Shown here: positions 8,771 to 18,270 of the stretch, in pieces
Layout of the letters: the number at the start of each line of letters is the position of its first letter
Position numbering within the stretch: position 1 is the first letter of the stretch
Assembly: GCA_041661265.1 (NCBI GenBank)
Contig: JBAZUT010000002.1
Location: 76,316 to 140,315 of the forward strand
Direction: 5' to 3'
DNA: 64,000 nt
Origin: Minisyncoccota bacterium
GTDB lineage: Bacteria; Patescibacteriota; Minisyncoccia; JAHIHE01; JAGLIN01
Notes under the pieces: generated by a model
Databases searched by the model: none
What the model was told of the DNA's origin: nothing
Seen by the model: only the letters and a program-made list of their open reading frames with translations
Program-made: the position numbers and the translations under genes

Positions 8771-9976
8771 CTATTTCAACAGTTCCAAAGCCTTATCAAG
8801 CTGGGGATCTTTGTCATTATTTATATCCTCTTCCGTCAGTTCAACCTCGTAATCAGGATGTATTCCGTCATGATTTATATCCGTGCCGTTTGGCGTCAAC
8901 CATCGTGCAATTGTGACCTTCAGCGCCGAACCGTCCTTCAAGCCTTCCATTTCCTGAACAAGCCCTTTTCCGAAGGTCTTCTTCCCCACAAGCTTCACAT
9001 CGTTATCATCTTTCAACGCCCCCGCAAGTATCTCAGAAGCGCTGGCGCTCCCTTCATTGACCAGGACCACTACGGGAATATTGTCGAATCTCTTTCCTCC
9101 CTGAGCGGTATATTTTTCCTTTGACTTTCCTCCGTCCTGAATAACAACGGTTTTTCCCTCATCAATGAATCTGCTGGCAATATCGATCGCCCGATTAAAA
9201 TATCCCCCGGGATTGTTTCTGAGGTCCAGAACGATCCCCTTCGGCTCCTTAAGCAAAACATCGTCTATGATCCGGTCGAACTCCTGCCCCGTATCATCCT
9301 TGAACTGATTTATGGAAATATATGCAACATTGCCATCCATCATTTTCCAGTCCACCGTATTCATCACCACAGTGTCTCTCACGACCTCGATATCCCTGCT
9401 CTTCTCTTCATCCTTGCGTAAAATTGTCAGATTTACTTTCGTTCCTTTTTCTCCGCGGATCAGCATTATCGCCTCGTCTATGCTGAGTCCTGTGATATCC
9501 TTTTCATCCACCTTGATTATCACATCTCCCGCAATGATCCCCGCTTTCTCGGCCGGGCTTCCTTTGAGGGGAGCGATAACTGTCAAAAATCCGTTCCTGA
9601 ACCCGATCTCCGCTCCGATCCCGCCAAAACTGCCTTTCATGTCCTGGCTAAACAGATCATTTTCCGCCGGACTCAGGAAAACCGTATATGGATCTCCAAG
9701 AGAATCAACCATGCCCGAAACAGCGCCATATACCATTTTTTTATAGTCCAGCGGAGCGATCGTATATTTTTTTTCTATCACGCTCCATGCATCCCAAAAA
9801 ATGCCGAAATCAATGTTCTTGTCCTGAGAAACAGAACTGGGATATTGATTCGAAACATTAGCCGTCACGCCGCCTCCGGCATATGAATCCAGGATATCCT
9901 TTGAAGCAAATCCAAAGCCGAAACTGATGACTGAAACGAGAAGGAATACGGCTATTTTGTCGGAAAAGTTTTTCAT
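8771..9976 (-). CDS. S41 family C-terminal processing peptidase with PDZ domain
   Basis: GGIGAEIG, PDZ (GSPAEKAGIIAGDVIIKVD), signal peptide. Confidence 0.9.
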   Translation of the reverse strand: MKNFSDKIAVFLLVSVISFGFGFASKDILDSYAGGGVTANVSNQYPSSVSQDKNIDFGIFWDAWSVIEKKYTIAPLDYKKMVYGAVSGMVDSLGDPYTVFLSPAENDLFSQDMKGSFGGIGAEIGFRNGFLTVIAPLKGSPAEKAGIIAGDVIIKVDEKDITGLSIDEAIMLIRGEKGTKVNLTILRKDEEKSRDIEVVRDTVVMNTVDWKMMDGNVAYISINQFKDDTGQEFDRIIDDVLLKEPKGIVLDLRNNPGGYFNRAIDIASRFIDEGKTVVIQDGGKSKEKYTAQGGKRFDNIPVVVLVNEGSASASEILAGALKDDNDVKLVGKKTFGKGLVQEMEGLKDGSALKVTIARWLTPNGTDINHDGIHPDYEVELTEEDINNDKDPQLDKALELLK

Positions 9977-9996
9977 GCTTGGATTATTTTATTTTA

Positions 9997-11130
9997 TCAG
10001 TTAAAAAGATTCTTTATTTCTTCCCTGATTTTGCCGAAGTCTCCTCCGTCGGGAAGCAGAATATATGCGCCATTCTGATCTCTTGCGGCATAAAGAAGGC
10101 CGCCGCTCGTCGTGTCAAAAATTTTATGCTTTATTTTCGTTGAATCCAGTCTCTGGGCAAGCACAGCCATTTCCTGGATCTCCCAGAGCTGCGCATCCAC
10201 CCTCACATCATTTCCAAGAGTATCCAATATTGAAACGATCTTCAGCGGATTTGAAAGGACTCCGAGTCCGAGCGCTTTTTCCTTCACTGCCATAAGGACC
10301 TGCTGCTGTCTTTTTGCCCTGTCAAAGTCATTTGAACTGAATCTTGCCCGAACGAACAGAAGCGCCGTATCCCCGTTGATCGTTTGCTTGCCGGCAGGAA
10401 GGCTGATAGGCCCCTCCTCAAACTGGTTCAGCTCGGAAAACGGCTGGCTGAGAGTTATCGTGACCCCGCCCATTGTGTCTATTATTTCTTTGAAAGCCCG
10501 AAAATCAACGCTCGCGGCATAATGAACATCAAGCCCCGTAACCTCAGAAACTGTTTTTTTTGCATAGTCCAAACCGCCCTTCCAGCTCTTTGTGTCCTCC
10601 ATGCCCAAAACATACGCCTCGTTTATCTTCCTGCTGGTCTCGTGATTGGGCATTTTTACATAAAGGTCCCGCGGGATCGATATCAATGCGACATTTCCCG
10701 TCTTAAGCTCAACGCTCGCAACCATCATGGTATCGGTCAGAAGCCCTCCATTGGGATCATCCACTCCCCTTATTCCCAAGAGAAGAACATTCAGCCGCTC
10801 AAGCTTATTCTCCTTCACTCTTTCCATTGCGGAATAATCCTCGCCCTCAACAGGCAGGATCTGGAAGAATTTTGATCCGATCGGCAGCATTCTGATTATG
10901 CTTTTCAGAACCGAATTCTGTTCTCCTGTCATCTTGTCGAAAGTCAAACTGGCCTTATTGGCCATATAGCCTCCCGAAATAACCACAGCAAACAATAGCG
11001 TACAAAACACTGCGTACGTTTTCTTTCTCCTGCTTTTTTTCAACTTGGAAATAACTCCTTCCTTGACATCAATGTCTTGATTGACGATCTTTTCAATATC
11101 GAACTTCTCCTTTGGAGGATAATATACCAT
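9997..11130 (-). CDS. LCP family (LytR-CpsA-Psr) cell-envelope polymer transferase
   Basis: N-terminal TM then DTMMVASV...ISIPRDLYV motif. Confidence 0.85.
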   Translation of the reverse strand: MVYYPPKEKFDIEKIVNQDIDVKEGVISKLKKSRRKKTYAVFCTLLFAVVISGGYMANKASLTFDKMTGEQNSVLKSIIRMLPIGSKFFQILPVEGEDYSAMERVKENKLERLNVLLLGIRGVDDPNGGLLTDTMMVASVELKTGNVALISIPRDLYVKMPNHETSRKINEAYVLGMEDTKSWKGGLDYAKKTVSEVTGLDVHYAASVDFRAFKEIIDTMGGVTITLSQPFSELNQFEEGPISLPAGKQTINGDTALLFVRARFSSNDFDRAKRQQQVLMAVKEKALGLGVLSNPLKIVSILDTLGNDVRVDAQLWEIQEMAVLAQRLDSTKIKHKIFDTTSGGLLYAARDQNGAYILLPDGGDFGKIREEIKNLFN

Positions 11131-11236
11131 AAAATAAATATGAGAACATTAATGATGCTTTTATACCACTGATTATCGCATTTTATTCCTGAAATGTAAA
11201 TAGTAAAACCGCCTCCGAAACACAATAAGAATTTTA

Positions 11237-12862
11237 TCACATTCTATCTTTGAAATATGCGCCCTTCAGCGAATATAGGACTGCGATCACGAGGACTGTG
11301 AACATCAAAACCTTATCATTGAAGAGCACGACGTCGAACAAGCCGTAGATCAGCACCCAGAAAAAATATGCGAAAAATGCGCCGGCGAATATTTTCATCT
11401 CATCGCCCGCAAGTTCTTTTCTGAAAAGTCTGTTTGAAAATAATAATATTTCAAAATTGATCAGTATGAACACCAAGAGTCCGAATACTCCTGTCTCCGC
11501 CGCAATATCAAAATATATATTATGCGCGGAAGAACCCATTTTCGCAGTCCCCATCTCCTCATCCAGGATCAGCGGAAAGTTTCCGACGCCGACGCCGAAA
11601 AGATAATGCCTGTTTATAGACTCGATGGTCCTGTTCCATATCTCAATACGCCCCATATTTGAAGATTCGGTAAAATTGGAGATTGAGACCAGCCGCTTGA
11701 ACATCGCCTCCTCTTTGACGTCCCCGATCTCGACCCCGCTCCTGGAAAGCTGGACTTCCTGATTTTTCCTCAGCACGAATCCCGAGATCGGCATCAGTAT
11801 GAAAAATATCATTATGGAAAACAGAATCACCCTCGGATTTATTTTTTCACGCGCTCCCCGGCGCATCTTCCTTGATAGGTCCTTGATGCCGTTTATTTTC
11901 GATCTAAAATTCGTGAAATATGCAACACCTATCGCAAGCGCCGCAACAGAACTCGCCCACACCCCGCGGGATCCCGAAAAGAAAAGGGCCAGCAGATAAA
12001 GCGACATGGCCAATATGATATTATTTTTTTTCGGTCCTTTCTCGTGAACGATAAAGAATAATACTACGGGCATTGCAATGAGGATGAAAAGTGAGAATGA
12101 ATGCGAATCGGGAAAAACCGAGAACATTCTGAGAGTTGCCGGCAGAACATCATAATACGAAAACCATGTATTACTGTAGCTCAAAAGCGTGCTGAGATTC
12201 TCTCCATAGAACACCTTTATGACGCTATTGGTCCAGAACTGCCAGAACTTGAAAAGAGGCACGAAAAAAGTCAGAATGAGCTGGAAATATCCTATGAATG
12301 CGACAATAAGCGAACACTGGAGGAGATATTTCAAAACAGAGAGAACGTCCTCTTTCCTGCTTATAGCGGCCTGGCTCACCGGAAAAAGAAGCGCTATGTT
12401 CACAATGAATAAAATCTTCTTGATACCGGCCCCGATATAATGAGCCTCGGCAAGAGAAAGAAGATTAATAATGATGAATAAAACGAACAACCCAAAAAGT
12501 CTTCCATATGCCTTCTCTCTGACGGATATGATCGATGCCGCCGCCATATTTTTTACTTTTTCGGCCGCACCTTTTCCGCTGATCTTCAGGCAATAGCGCC
12601 CGATAACCGCCTTCGCAAACAGGGCAGCGATCAGTATCCTCCAGACGCTCATCGAATCCGAAAACTGATTTCCCGGAAGGGCGGTGAAAAAAGGGATCGA
12701 AATGATAAAAAGCCCCAAAGAATCCAAAAGTGTCATCCTATAAAAACCATAGCACATTACCGCAAGAATAAGATATGACGATTCCTGGGGCAATATGCCC
12801 AATATCATCAAAACAACGATAATGATCTGGATATAGAATATTTTGCTTATGGATATTGACAT
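11237..12862 (-). CDS. O-antigen ligase / Wzy-like polytopic membrane protein
   Basis: More than 10 TM helices; FSGSRGVWAS motif typical of the O-antigen ligase family. Confidence 0.65.
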   Translation of the reverse strand: MSISISKIFYIQIIIVVLMILGILPQESSYLILAVMCYGFYRMTLLDSLGLFIISIPFFTALPGNQFSDSMSVWRILIAALFAKAVIGRYCLKISGKGAAEKVKNMAAASIISVREKAYGRLFGLFVLFIIINLLSLAEAHYIGAGIKKILFIVNIALLFPVSQAAISRKEDVLSVLKYLLQCSLIVAFIGYFQLILTFFVPLFKFWQFWTNSVIKVFYGENLSTLLSYSNTWFSYYDVLPATLRMFSVFPDSHSFSLFILIAMPVVLFFIVHEKGPKKNNIILAMSLYLLALFFSGSRGVWASSVAALAIGVAYFTNFRSKINGIKDLSRKMRRGAREKINPRVILFSIMIFFILMPISGFVLRKNQEVQLSRSGVEIGDVKEEAMFKRLVSISNFTESSNMGRIEIWNRTIESINRHYLFGVGVGNFPLILDEEMGTAKMGSSAHNIYFDIAAETGVFGLLVFILINFEILLFSNRLFRKELAGDEMKIFAGAFFAYFFWVLIYGLFDVVLFNDKVLMFTVLVIAVLYSLKGAYFKDRM

Positions 12863-12928
12863 TTTTTAATATTTATATTATGATGTTAAGTTATTATAAG
12901 CTTTTAAGCTTATAATACGCGGAGGATT

Positions 12929-13303
12929 ATGGAAAATATTAATATCGGTAAAGCGCACTGGACCGCAACAATGCTTCTTATGCTGGCAATTATGCTTCTG
13001 GCCGAAAGAAAGAATAATATCGAACTTCTGGGATCATTCATGCTCTTTGTGTTCTCGTCCATGATGTGGATGGTTTTAAATGCCAGATTGCGGGATGCAA
13101 AACCGAAAACTGAAAGCAGCAAATTGAAAAAACTACACCTGACATTTGTTGTCATTTCGGGAATTCTGTTCGCAGCATCCTATATAATGGTTTTCATTGA
13201 ACCGCAACGATTCAACGCCGTATTGGTCGCAATGCTGGCAACTATTACGGTCATGCTGTCAAGCGGAGTCAAGTATTATGAGGTTAATAGATCATCGAAT
13301 TAA
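12929..13303 (+). CDS. hypothetical membrane protein (124 aa)
   Basis: GGAGGA RBS; 3-4 TM helices. Confidence 0.5.
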   Translation: MENINIGKAHWTATMLLMLAIMLLAERKNNIELLGSFMLFVFSSMMWMVLNARLRDAKPKTESSKLKKLHLTFVVISGILFAASYIMVFIEPQRFNAVLVAMLATITVMLSSGVKYYEVNRSSN

Positions 13304-14443
13304 TTAACCTCTTTTTTTTATTGACTCAATATTCCGCAATATCTCATCCGCGCATCTTTGCCAGCTGAACCTTTTTAGATTCTCCCGCCCCAGCAAAACC
13401 AATTTTTCCCTATAGGGTCCGTCAAGGATCAGCCTTTTCATACTATCATATATTTCTTTTTCCGTATTGTGTCCGACATATTCAACGGAATTTCCCCCCG
13501 CCTCCGGAAGCGAGCTTCCTCGGGTCGTAACGACGGGTTTATCGAATTTCTGCGCTTCAACAACCGGAAGGCCGAACCCCTCATAATCCGACAGATAGAT
13601 CACGAATTCACAGCCGCCATACAAATAATTCAGCTCTTCCTCCGCCACCGAATCAATATGCAGAATGGCATTTCTTCCAAGTTTTTTGTTGATATCGGCC
13701 GCCTGGCCGTCAATATCCTCAAAGGGATATGTATGATTCTTTCCAAGCACGACAAGCTGATAATCATTAAGCTCTTCGGATATTTTCCCAAAGGCCCTGA
13801 TCAATTCCGGAACATGCCTCCTGGTGAAGATTGAACCTATATAAAGGATATATTTTCCTTCTATCTTGTACTTGCCCGGCTTTTCCCCCATTTCAGACGC
13901 GCTCCTGTCCTTTTTTTCAAACCCCTCATCACATGCAAGATAGGTCACCTTGATCTTTTCCGGGCTTGTTCCATAGTATTTTATGATCTCATTCTTGCTG
14001 AACTCCGATATCGTGAAAATAAGATCGGTCGATTTCGCCGAATATTTCGACATCATCCTCAGAATGAACTGGCTTCGGGAATCGAACCACTCGGGATGCG
14101 CTTCATATGAAATGTCATGGAGCGCAACCGATGATCTTGCGGGACAATAAAAAGGCTTCAGATAAAAAGGCGAAAAGAAGAAATCAACCCTATCTTTTTT
14201 TATATTTATCGGAATAAGGACATGCTGGAAGAAAAAATTGCTCGAAAACCCAAAAGCGCTTCCAAGAAGCTTCGGGCGGAAATTAGAGCTCTTCAGATAT
14301 TCTTCCTGCGGTATCCTGTTTTTGAAATAAAGCAGAAATTCATGCTCCGGATGGTCTTTCCAGCGCTTCAAAACATTGGAAAGATATCTTCCCACTCCAG
14401 TTGTCGGCTGCTCAAGGCTTCTTGCATCGATCGCAATGATCAT
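13304..14443 (-). CDS. glycosyltransferase family 4 (GT1-like fold)
   Basis: EGFGLPVVEA motif. Confidence 0.85.
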   Translation of the reverse strand: MIIAIDARSLEQPTTGVGRYLSNVLKRWKDHPEHEFLLYFKNRIPQEEYLKSSNFRPKLLGSAFGFSSNFFFQHVLIPINIKKDRVDFFFSPFYLKPFYCPARSSVALHDISYEAHPEWFDSRSQFILRMMSKYSAKSTDLIFTISEFSKNEIIKYYGTSPEKIKVTYLACDEGFEKKDRSASEMGEKPGKYKIEGKYILYIGSIFTRRHVPELIRAFGKISEELNDYQLVVLGKNHTYPFEDIDGQAADINKKLGRNAILHIDSVAEEELNYLYGGCEFVIYLSDYEGFGLPVVEAQKFDKPVVTTRGSSLPEAGGNSVEYVGHNTEKEIYDSMKRLILDGPYREKLVLLGRENLKRFSWQRCADEILRNIESIKKRG

Positions 14444-14485
14444 TTGATTGAATTATATTATATACTGCTATGAAAAGGAAACTTG

Positions 14486-14525
14486 CACTCCTCCCCTTGG
14501 AAAAAGGAGGTTGGGAGGGATTTTC
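14486..14525. repeat. 40-bp direct repeat DR1 flanking the DUF559 gene
   Basis: CACTCCTCCCCTTGGAAAAAGGAGGTTGGGAGGGATTTTC; near-identical to 14952-14991. Confidence 0.6.
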
Positions 14526-14877
14526 AATTCATCTCTTCATAAATCTTTTCAACAACTCCCTCAATATTCTTCAAAACCTCTATATTTGTAAATCTCAGAA
14601 CTTTTAAACCACAATCTTGCATATATCCATCCCGGACTCTGTCTTTTTCTTTATTCACATTTTCGCAGTGCTGTCCGCCATCTACTTCTATTACCAATTT
14701 AGCGCATGAACAATAAAAATCCACTATATAATTGCCAATTGTTTTCTGGCGATAAAACTGACTATCCTTTATTTGCCTACCTCTTATTTTCAACCAAAGC
14801 AATTTTTCAGCATCTGTCATATTCTTACGAAGTTCCCGCGCTCTGGATTTTAGTTTTTTATTATATTGTAGAATCAT
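14524..14877 (-). CDS. DUF559 endonuclease-domain protein (Vsr-like fold)
   Basis: LLW..LR...FRRQ..IG.YI.DF.C...KLVIE.DG..H...D..RD..L...G..VLRF.N..V pattern. Confidence 0.8.
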   Translation of the reverse strand: MILQYNKKLKSRARELRKNMTDAEKLLWLKIRGRQIKDSQFYRQKTIGNYIVDFYCSCAKLVIEVDGGQHCENVNKEKDRVRDGYMQDCGLKVLRFTNIEVLKNIEGVVEKIYEEMN

Positions 14878-14890
14878 GAATCATTTAATG

Positions 14891-14930
14891 CAAATCCCCC
14901 TTAATCCCCCTTTATAAAGGGGGAAATAGA
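14891..14930. repeat. C-run hairpin repeat copy 2
   Basis: CAAATCCCCCTTAATCCCCCTTTATAAAGGGGGAAATAGA matches 6168-6215. Confidence 0.5.
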
Positions 14931-14951
14931 TTTGATTATCTTTTTTTTATT

Positions 14952-14991
14952 CACTCCTCCCTTTTGAAAAGGGAGGTTGGGAGGGATTTTT
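14952..14991. repeat. 40-bp direct repeat DR2
   Basis: TCACTCCTCCCTTTTGAAAAGGGAGGTTGGGAGGGATTTT. Confidence 0.6.
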
Positions 14992-15082
14992 TAATAATTT
15001 CCAAAATGCAGTCTTCTATTTATGCAATAATCATTTGCTACATAATTTCACAATACTATTTAATAAAATCAAAGTCAAACAA

Positions 15083-15112
15083 AAACCCCGCATGTGCACA
15101 TGATGGGTTTTT
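15083..15112 (-). terminator. rho-independent terminator downstream of hup
   Basis: AAAACCCC-GCATGTGCACATGAT-GGGTTTTT; stem plus U-run, loop holds 12-nt palindrome CATGTGCACATG. Confidence 0.6.
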
Positions 15113-15127
15113 GTAAAACTGACTGTA

Positions 15128-15412
15128 TTATTTTACGGCATCCTTCAGGCTCTTGCCTGCTTTGAACTTTGGAACCGTCATTGCCGGGATCTGGATCTTT
15201 TCGCCCGGTTTCTGAGGATTAACTCCTACTCTTGCAGCTCTCTTGCTTACAGAGAAAGTGCCGAATCCTGTCAGAGCGACCTTTCCGCCCTCAACTAGAG
15301 TCTTGGTTATGGCTTCTAATGCAGCGTTTACGACCAATTCAACTTCCTTTTTTGAAACGTCCGTTTTTGCTGCAATACTGCCGATAAGTTCGTCTTTTGT
15401 CATTTTTGACAC
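15128..15412 (-). CDS. hup: HU family DNA-binding protein
   Basis: MTKDELI...GFGTF...R.GRNP.T signature. Confidence 0.92.
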   Translation of the reverse strand: MSKMTKDELIGSIAAKTDVSKKEVELVVNAALEAITKTLVEGGKVALTGFGTFSVSKRAARVGVNPQKPGEKIQIPAMTVPKFKAGKSLKDAVK

Positions 15413-15511
15413 CCCCTTTCTTTATAAAATCTAAATTTAAATTAAAATCGATTTTTTAAACTGATTGCGACTATAGTGAATTATACACAAACGGCTAAAA
15501 TAAAGCAAATT

Positions 15512-16312
15512 TTAAAAAACATCGCTTAATACCTCGCTGATCCTCTCTATGCTTTTCGCTTTTCCCGTTTCTTCGTCGATGTCCATCAGAACCGCGTTCA
15601 CGATCGCGGAATTATCGTCACTTATCTCATATTTGAACGGGATCTGGCTGATCATTTGCTCGATCACCACTTCTTTCTTGCATCCGATTATCGAATCCTT
15701 CGGTCCGACCATTCCGACATCTGAGATAAAAGCCGTTCCGCCTTTCTGCACCTCATTGTCGGCTGTCTGTACGTGCGTATGCGTCCCGCATACAGCACTG
15801 ACCCTTGAATCAAGATATTGTGCAAGGGCTCTTTTCTCACTCGTGGCTTCCGCGTGAAAATCTATTACAATGACTTTCACTTTTCCCTTATTCTCGTTTA
15901 TAATCCTGTCCGCCGCGCGAAACGGACAGTCAGGATATCTCTGGAAAAACACCCTTCCGATCAGATTGATGACCATTATCTTGGCGCCGTTCACCTCAAA
16001 AATCCTGAATCCCTTGTCTAATTCAAACCTGGGATAATTCGCGGGACATAAAAAATTGAATTCTTTCTTGCTTTTTATGATCTCTCCGGATTCGCTCGTA
16101 TCCCAGACATGATCCCCGCAAGTCATAATATCGATCCCGAATGAAGCGATCTCTCTCAGTGTATTCTTGGTCACGCCTTTGCCATGTGCGACATTATCGC
16201 AATTTGCGATCGCTACGTCATAGCCATATTTCTTCTTATATGCAGGCAAAGCTCTCTTTATCGCCATCCTTGCGGCTTTGCCCACCATATCTCCAAAAAA
16301 TAATATCTTCAT
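15512..16312 (-). CDS. ymdB: YmdB-like metallophosphoesterase (TIGR00282 family)
   Basis: MKILFFGDMVGK start and GDHVWD motif; ORF-track N-terminal extension to 16342 probably not translated. Confidence 0.8.
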   Translation of the reverse strand: MKILFFGDMVGKAARMAIKRALPAYKKKYGYDVAIANCDNVAHGKGVTKNTLREIASFGIDIMTCGDHVWDTSESGEIIKSKKEFNFLCPANYPRFELDKGFRIFEVNGAKIMVINLIGRVFFQRYPDCPFRAADRIINENKGKVKVIVIDFHAEATSEKRALAQYLDSRVSAVCGTHTHVQTADNEVQKGGTAFISDVGMVGPKDSIIGCKKEVVIEQMISQIPFKYEISDDNSAIVNAVLMDIDEETGKAKSIERISEVLSDVF

Positions 16313-16370
16313 CTCGTTAATAAGCAAATTAGCTTTTATCAAATACTTTAGATCTCATATATCCCAATGT

Positions 16371-16409
16371 CTTGACCCAAGTTTTGACTTTTGACATTTG
16401 ACTTTTGAC
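16371..16409. repeat. tandem heptad array CTTGACC...TTTTGAC TTTTGAC ATTTGAC TTTTGAC
   Basis: Four perfect 7-nt units directly between rny stop and ymdB start. Confidence 0.6.
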
Positions 16410-16416
16410 CTCGCCC

Positions 16417-17949
16417 TTATCTCGCATATTCCACGGCCCTGGTCTCTCTTATGACATGAACTTTGATCTCTCCCGGATAGTTCAATGTCTCTTCGATCTT
16501 ATCGGCCACTTTCCGCGACAGTTTCAATGCCCCGAGATCATCTATTTTTTCCGGCGTAACGAATATCCTGATCTCGCGTCCCGCCTGGATAGCATATGAT
16601 TTCTCGACTTCATCGAAAGTGTTTGCGATATTTTCAAGCTCTTCAAGCCTCTTGATATAGTTCTCGAGAGTATCCTTCCTCGCGCCCGGTCTCGCCGCCG
16701 AGATCGCATCCGCAACCCTTATGATCACGGCCTCCGTCGATTCGAACGGATAGTCTTCATGATGCGATTGCATCGCCTTTATGATATCCTCCGACAAACC
16801 GAATTTTTTTAATATATTCCGTCCGATCTCAATATGAGTTCCCTGAATTTCATGATCGACCGCTTTTCCGATGTCATGCAGGAGTCCCGCTTTTTTCGCA
16901 ACCGTCACATCCGCACCGAGTTCTACGGCAAGCGAGTTCGATAATTGAGCGACTTCTATGGAATGCATAAGCACGTTCTGGCCATAGCTCGTCCTGAACT
17001 TCAGCCTTCCCAGAAGCTGCACCAGTTTCGGATCAAGCCCCGCAACTCCTACTTCTGCGACAGATGCCTGTCCCGCCCTCTTCACAACATCGATTATTTC
17101 CTTCTTCACGTCATTTACAACCTCTTCGATCCTTGCAGGATGGATCCTTCCATCAGACATGAGTTTCTCGAGCGAAAGTTTCGCAACCTGCCTTCTGATC
17201 GGATCAAAACCCGAAATGATTATCGTATCCGGAGTATCATCGATTATAACCTCAACCCCCGTCAACTGTTCCAGTGTCTTTATGTTCCTTCCTTCGCGTC
17301 CGATTATCCTCCCCTTCATCTCATCGCTCGGAAGCATTACGCTTGAAGTCGTAACTTCAGCCGCATGCGAGCCTGAATATTTCTGAATTGCCTGCACAAT
17401 GATCTCATTGGCTTTCTTCTTAACCTCGTCCGCCTCTTCGGCCTGGAGGAATTTTATTCTTTTTACCAGGTCTTCCTTGTGGTCTTTTTCCGCCTTATCC
17501 AAAAGCACCGTCTTGGCATCTTCAATAGTCAGACCGGCGATCTTTTCAAGTTTCGCTATCTGGTCCTTCTTTATAACCTCGACATCCTCTTTTATCTTCA
17601 TGATCTGCTTCGCTTTTTCCTGCAGCACGTTTTTCTGCCTCTCAGCCTCATCTGACTTCTTGTCCAGCATCTCTTCTTTTTTCTCAAGCCTCTGCTCATT
17701 CCTGATGACCTGCCTGGTCCTCTCCGTTTCTTCTCTTTTTACGTCTTCAAGGGTCTTTACGGCTTTATTCTTGGCTTCCAAGATTATTTCCGCCGCTTTG
17801 TCTTTTGCTTCAGTGAATATCTTTGACACCTTTGCTTCGGCCGATTCAACCTGTTTCTGAGCGAGGATCTGCCTGCCGAAATAACCCAAAATACAACCCG
17901 TTGAAAAGGCTATCAAAGCTAGCACAAGCATATATATTACATCTTCCAT
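16417..17949 (-). CDS. rny: ribonuclease Y
   Basis: N-terminal TM, coiled coil, KH domain, HD domain (LLHDIGKAVDHE). Confidence 0.95.
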   Translation of the reverse strand: MEDVIYMLVLALIAFSTGCILGYFGRQILAQKQVESAEAKVSKIFTEAKDKAAEIILEAKNKAVKTLEDVKREETERTRQVIRNEQRLEKKEEMLDKKSDEAERQKNVLQEKAKQIMKIKEDVEVIKKDQIAKLEKIAGLTIEDAKTVLLDKAEKDHKEDLVKRIKFLQAEEADEVKKKANEIIVQAIQKYSGSHAAEVTTSSVMLPSDEMKGRIIGREGRNIKTLEQLTGVEVIIDDTPDTIIISGFDPIRRQVAKLSLEKLMSDGRIHPARIEEVVNDVKKEIIDVVKRAGQASVAEVGVAGLDPKLVQLLGRLKFRTSYGQNVLMHSIEVAQLSNSLAVELGADVTVAKKAGLLHDIGKAVDHEIQGTHIEIGRNILKKFGLSEDIIKAMQSHHEDYPFESTEAVIIRVADAISAARPGARKDTLENYIKRLEELENIANTFDEVEKSYAIQAGREIRIFVTPEKIDDLGALKLSRKVADKIEETLNYPGEIKVHVIRETRAVEYAR

Positions 17950-18270
17950 TTTTTTCTCCTAGATCCGATCGGCCAATTTTGCTGATGCATGATCCGGAAA
18001 TACGCGCCGGCGTCTTCGATTTTGTCCTAGACGCGGGGCGGAGTTCAGCTATATTTTGCCAAAACCTAACAATGAGGCCGCAAACTGCGCCCCTTCCTTA
18101 GGATTACTATGATAAAACCGCTTTTTATAGCCAAAATTTTTATTCATAAATTAACAAAATACTCGCTTGCCGGATCATTCGATACAATCTTTTCCGATCG
18201 TTATTAATAATTTAACTTACAGAACCATGTTATCAGATAGAATGGATATTGTCAAAATGTTACCGGTATT

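Noticed and set aside
17950-18270. GC-rich patch (GACGCGGGGCGGAGTTCAGC) screened as a possible tRNA gene
   Set aside because: A cloverleaf cannot be drawn: no D-arm GG or T-loop TTCRA in register and the acceptor stems do not pair. It is probably promoter or leader sequence of rny.
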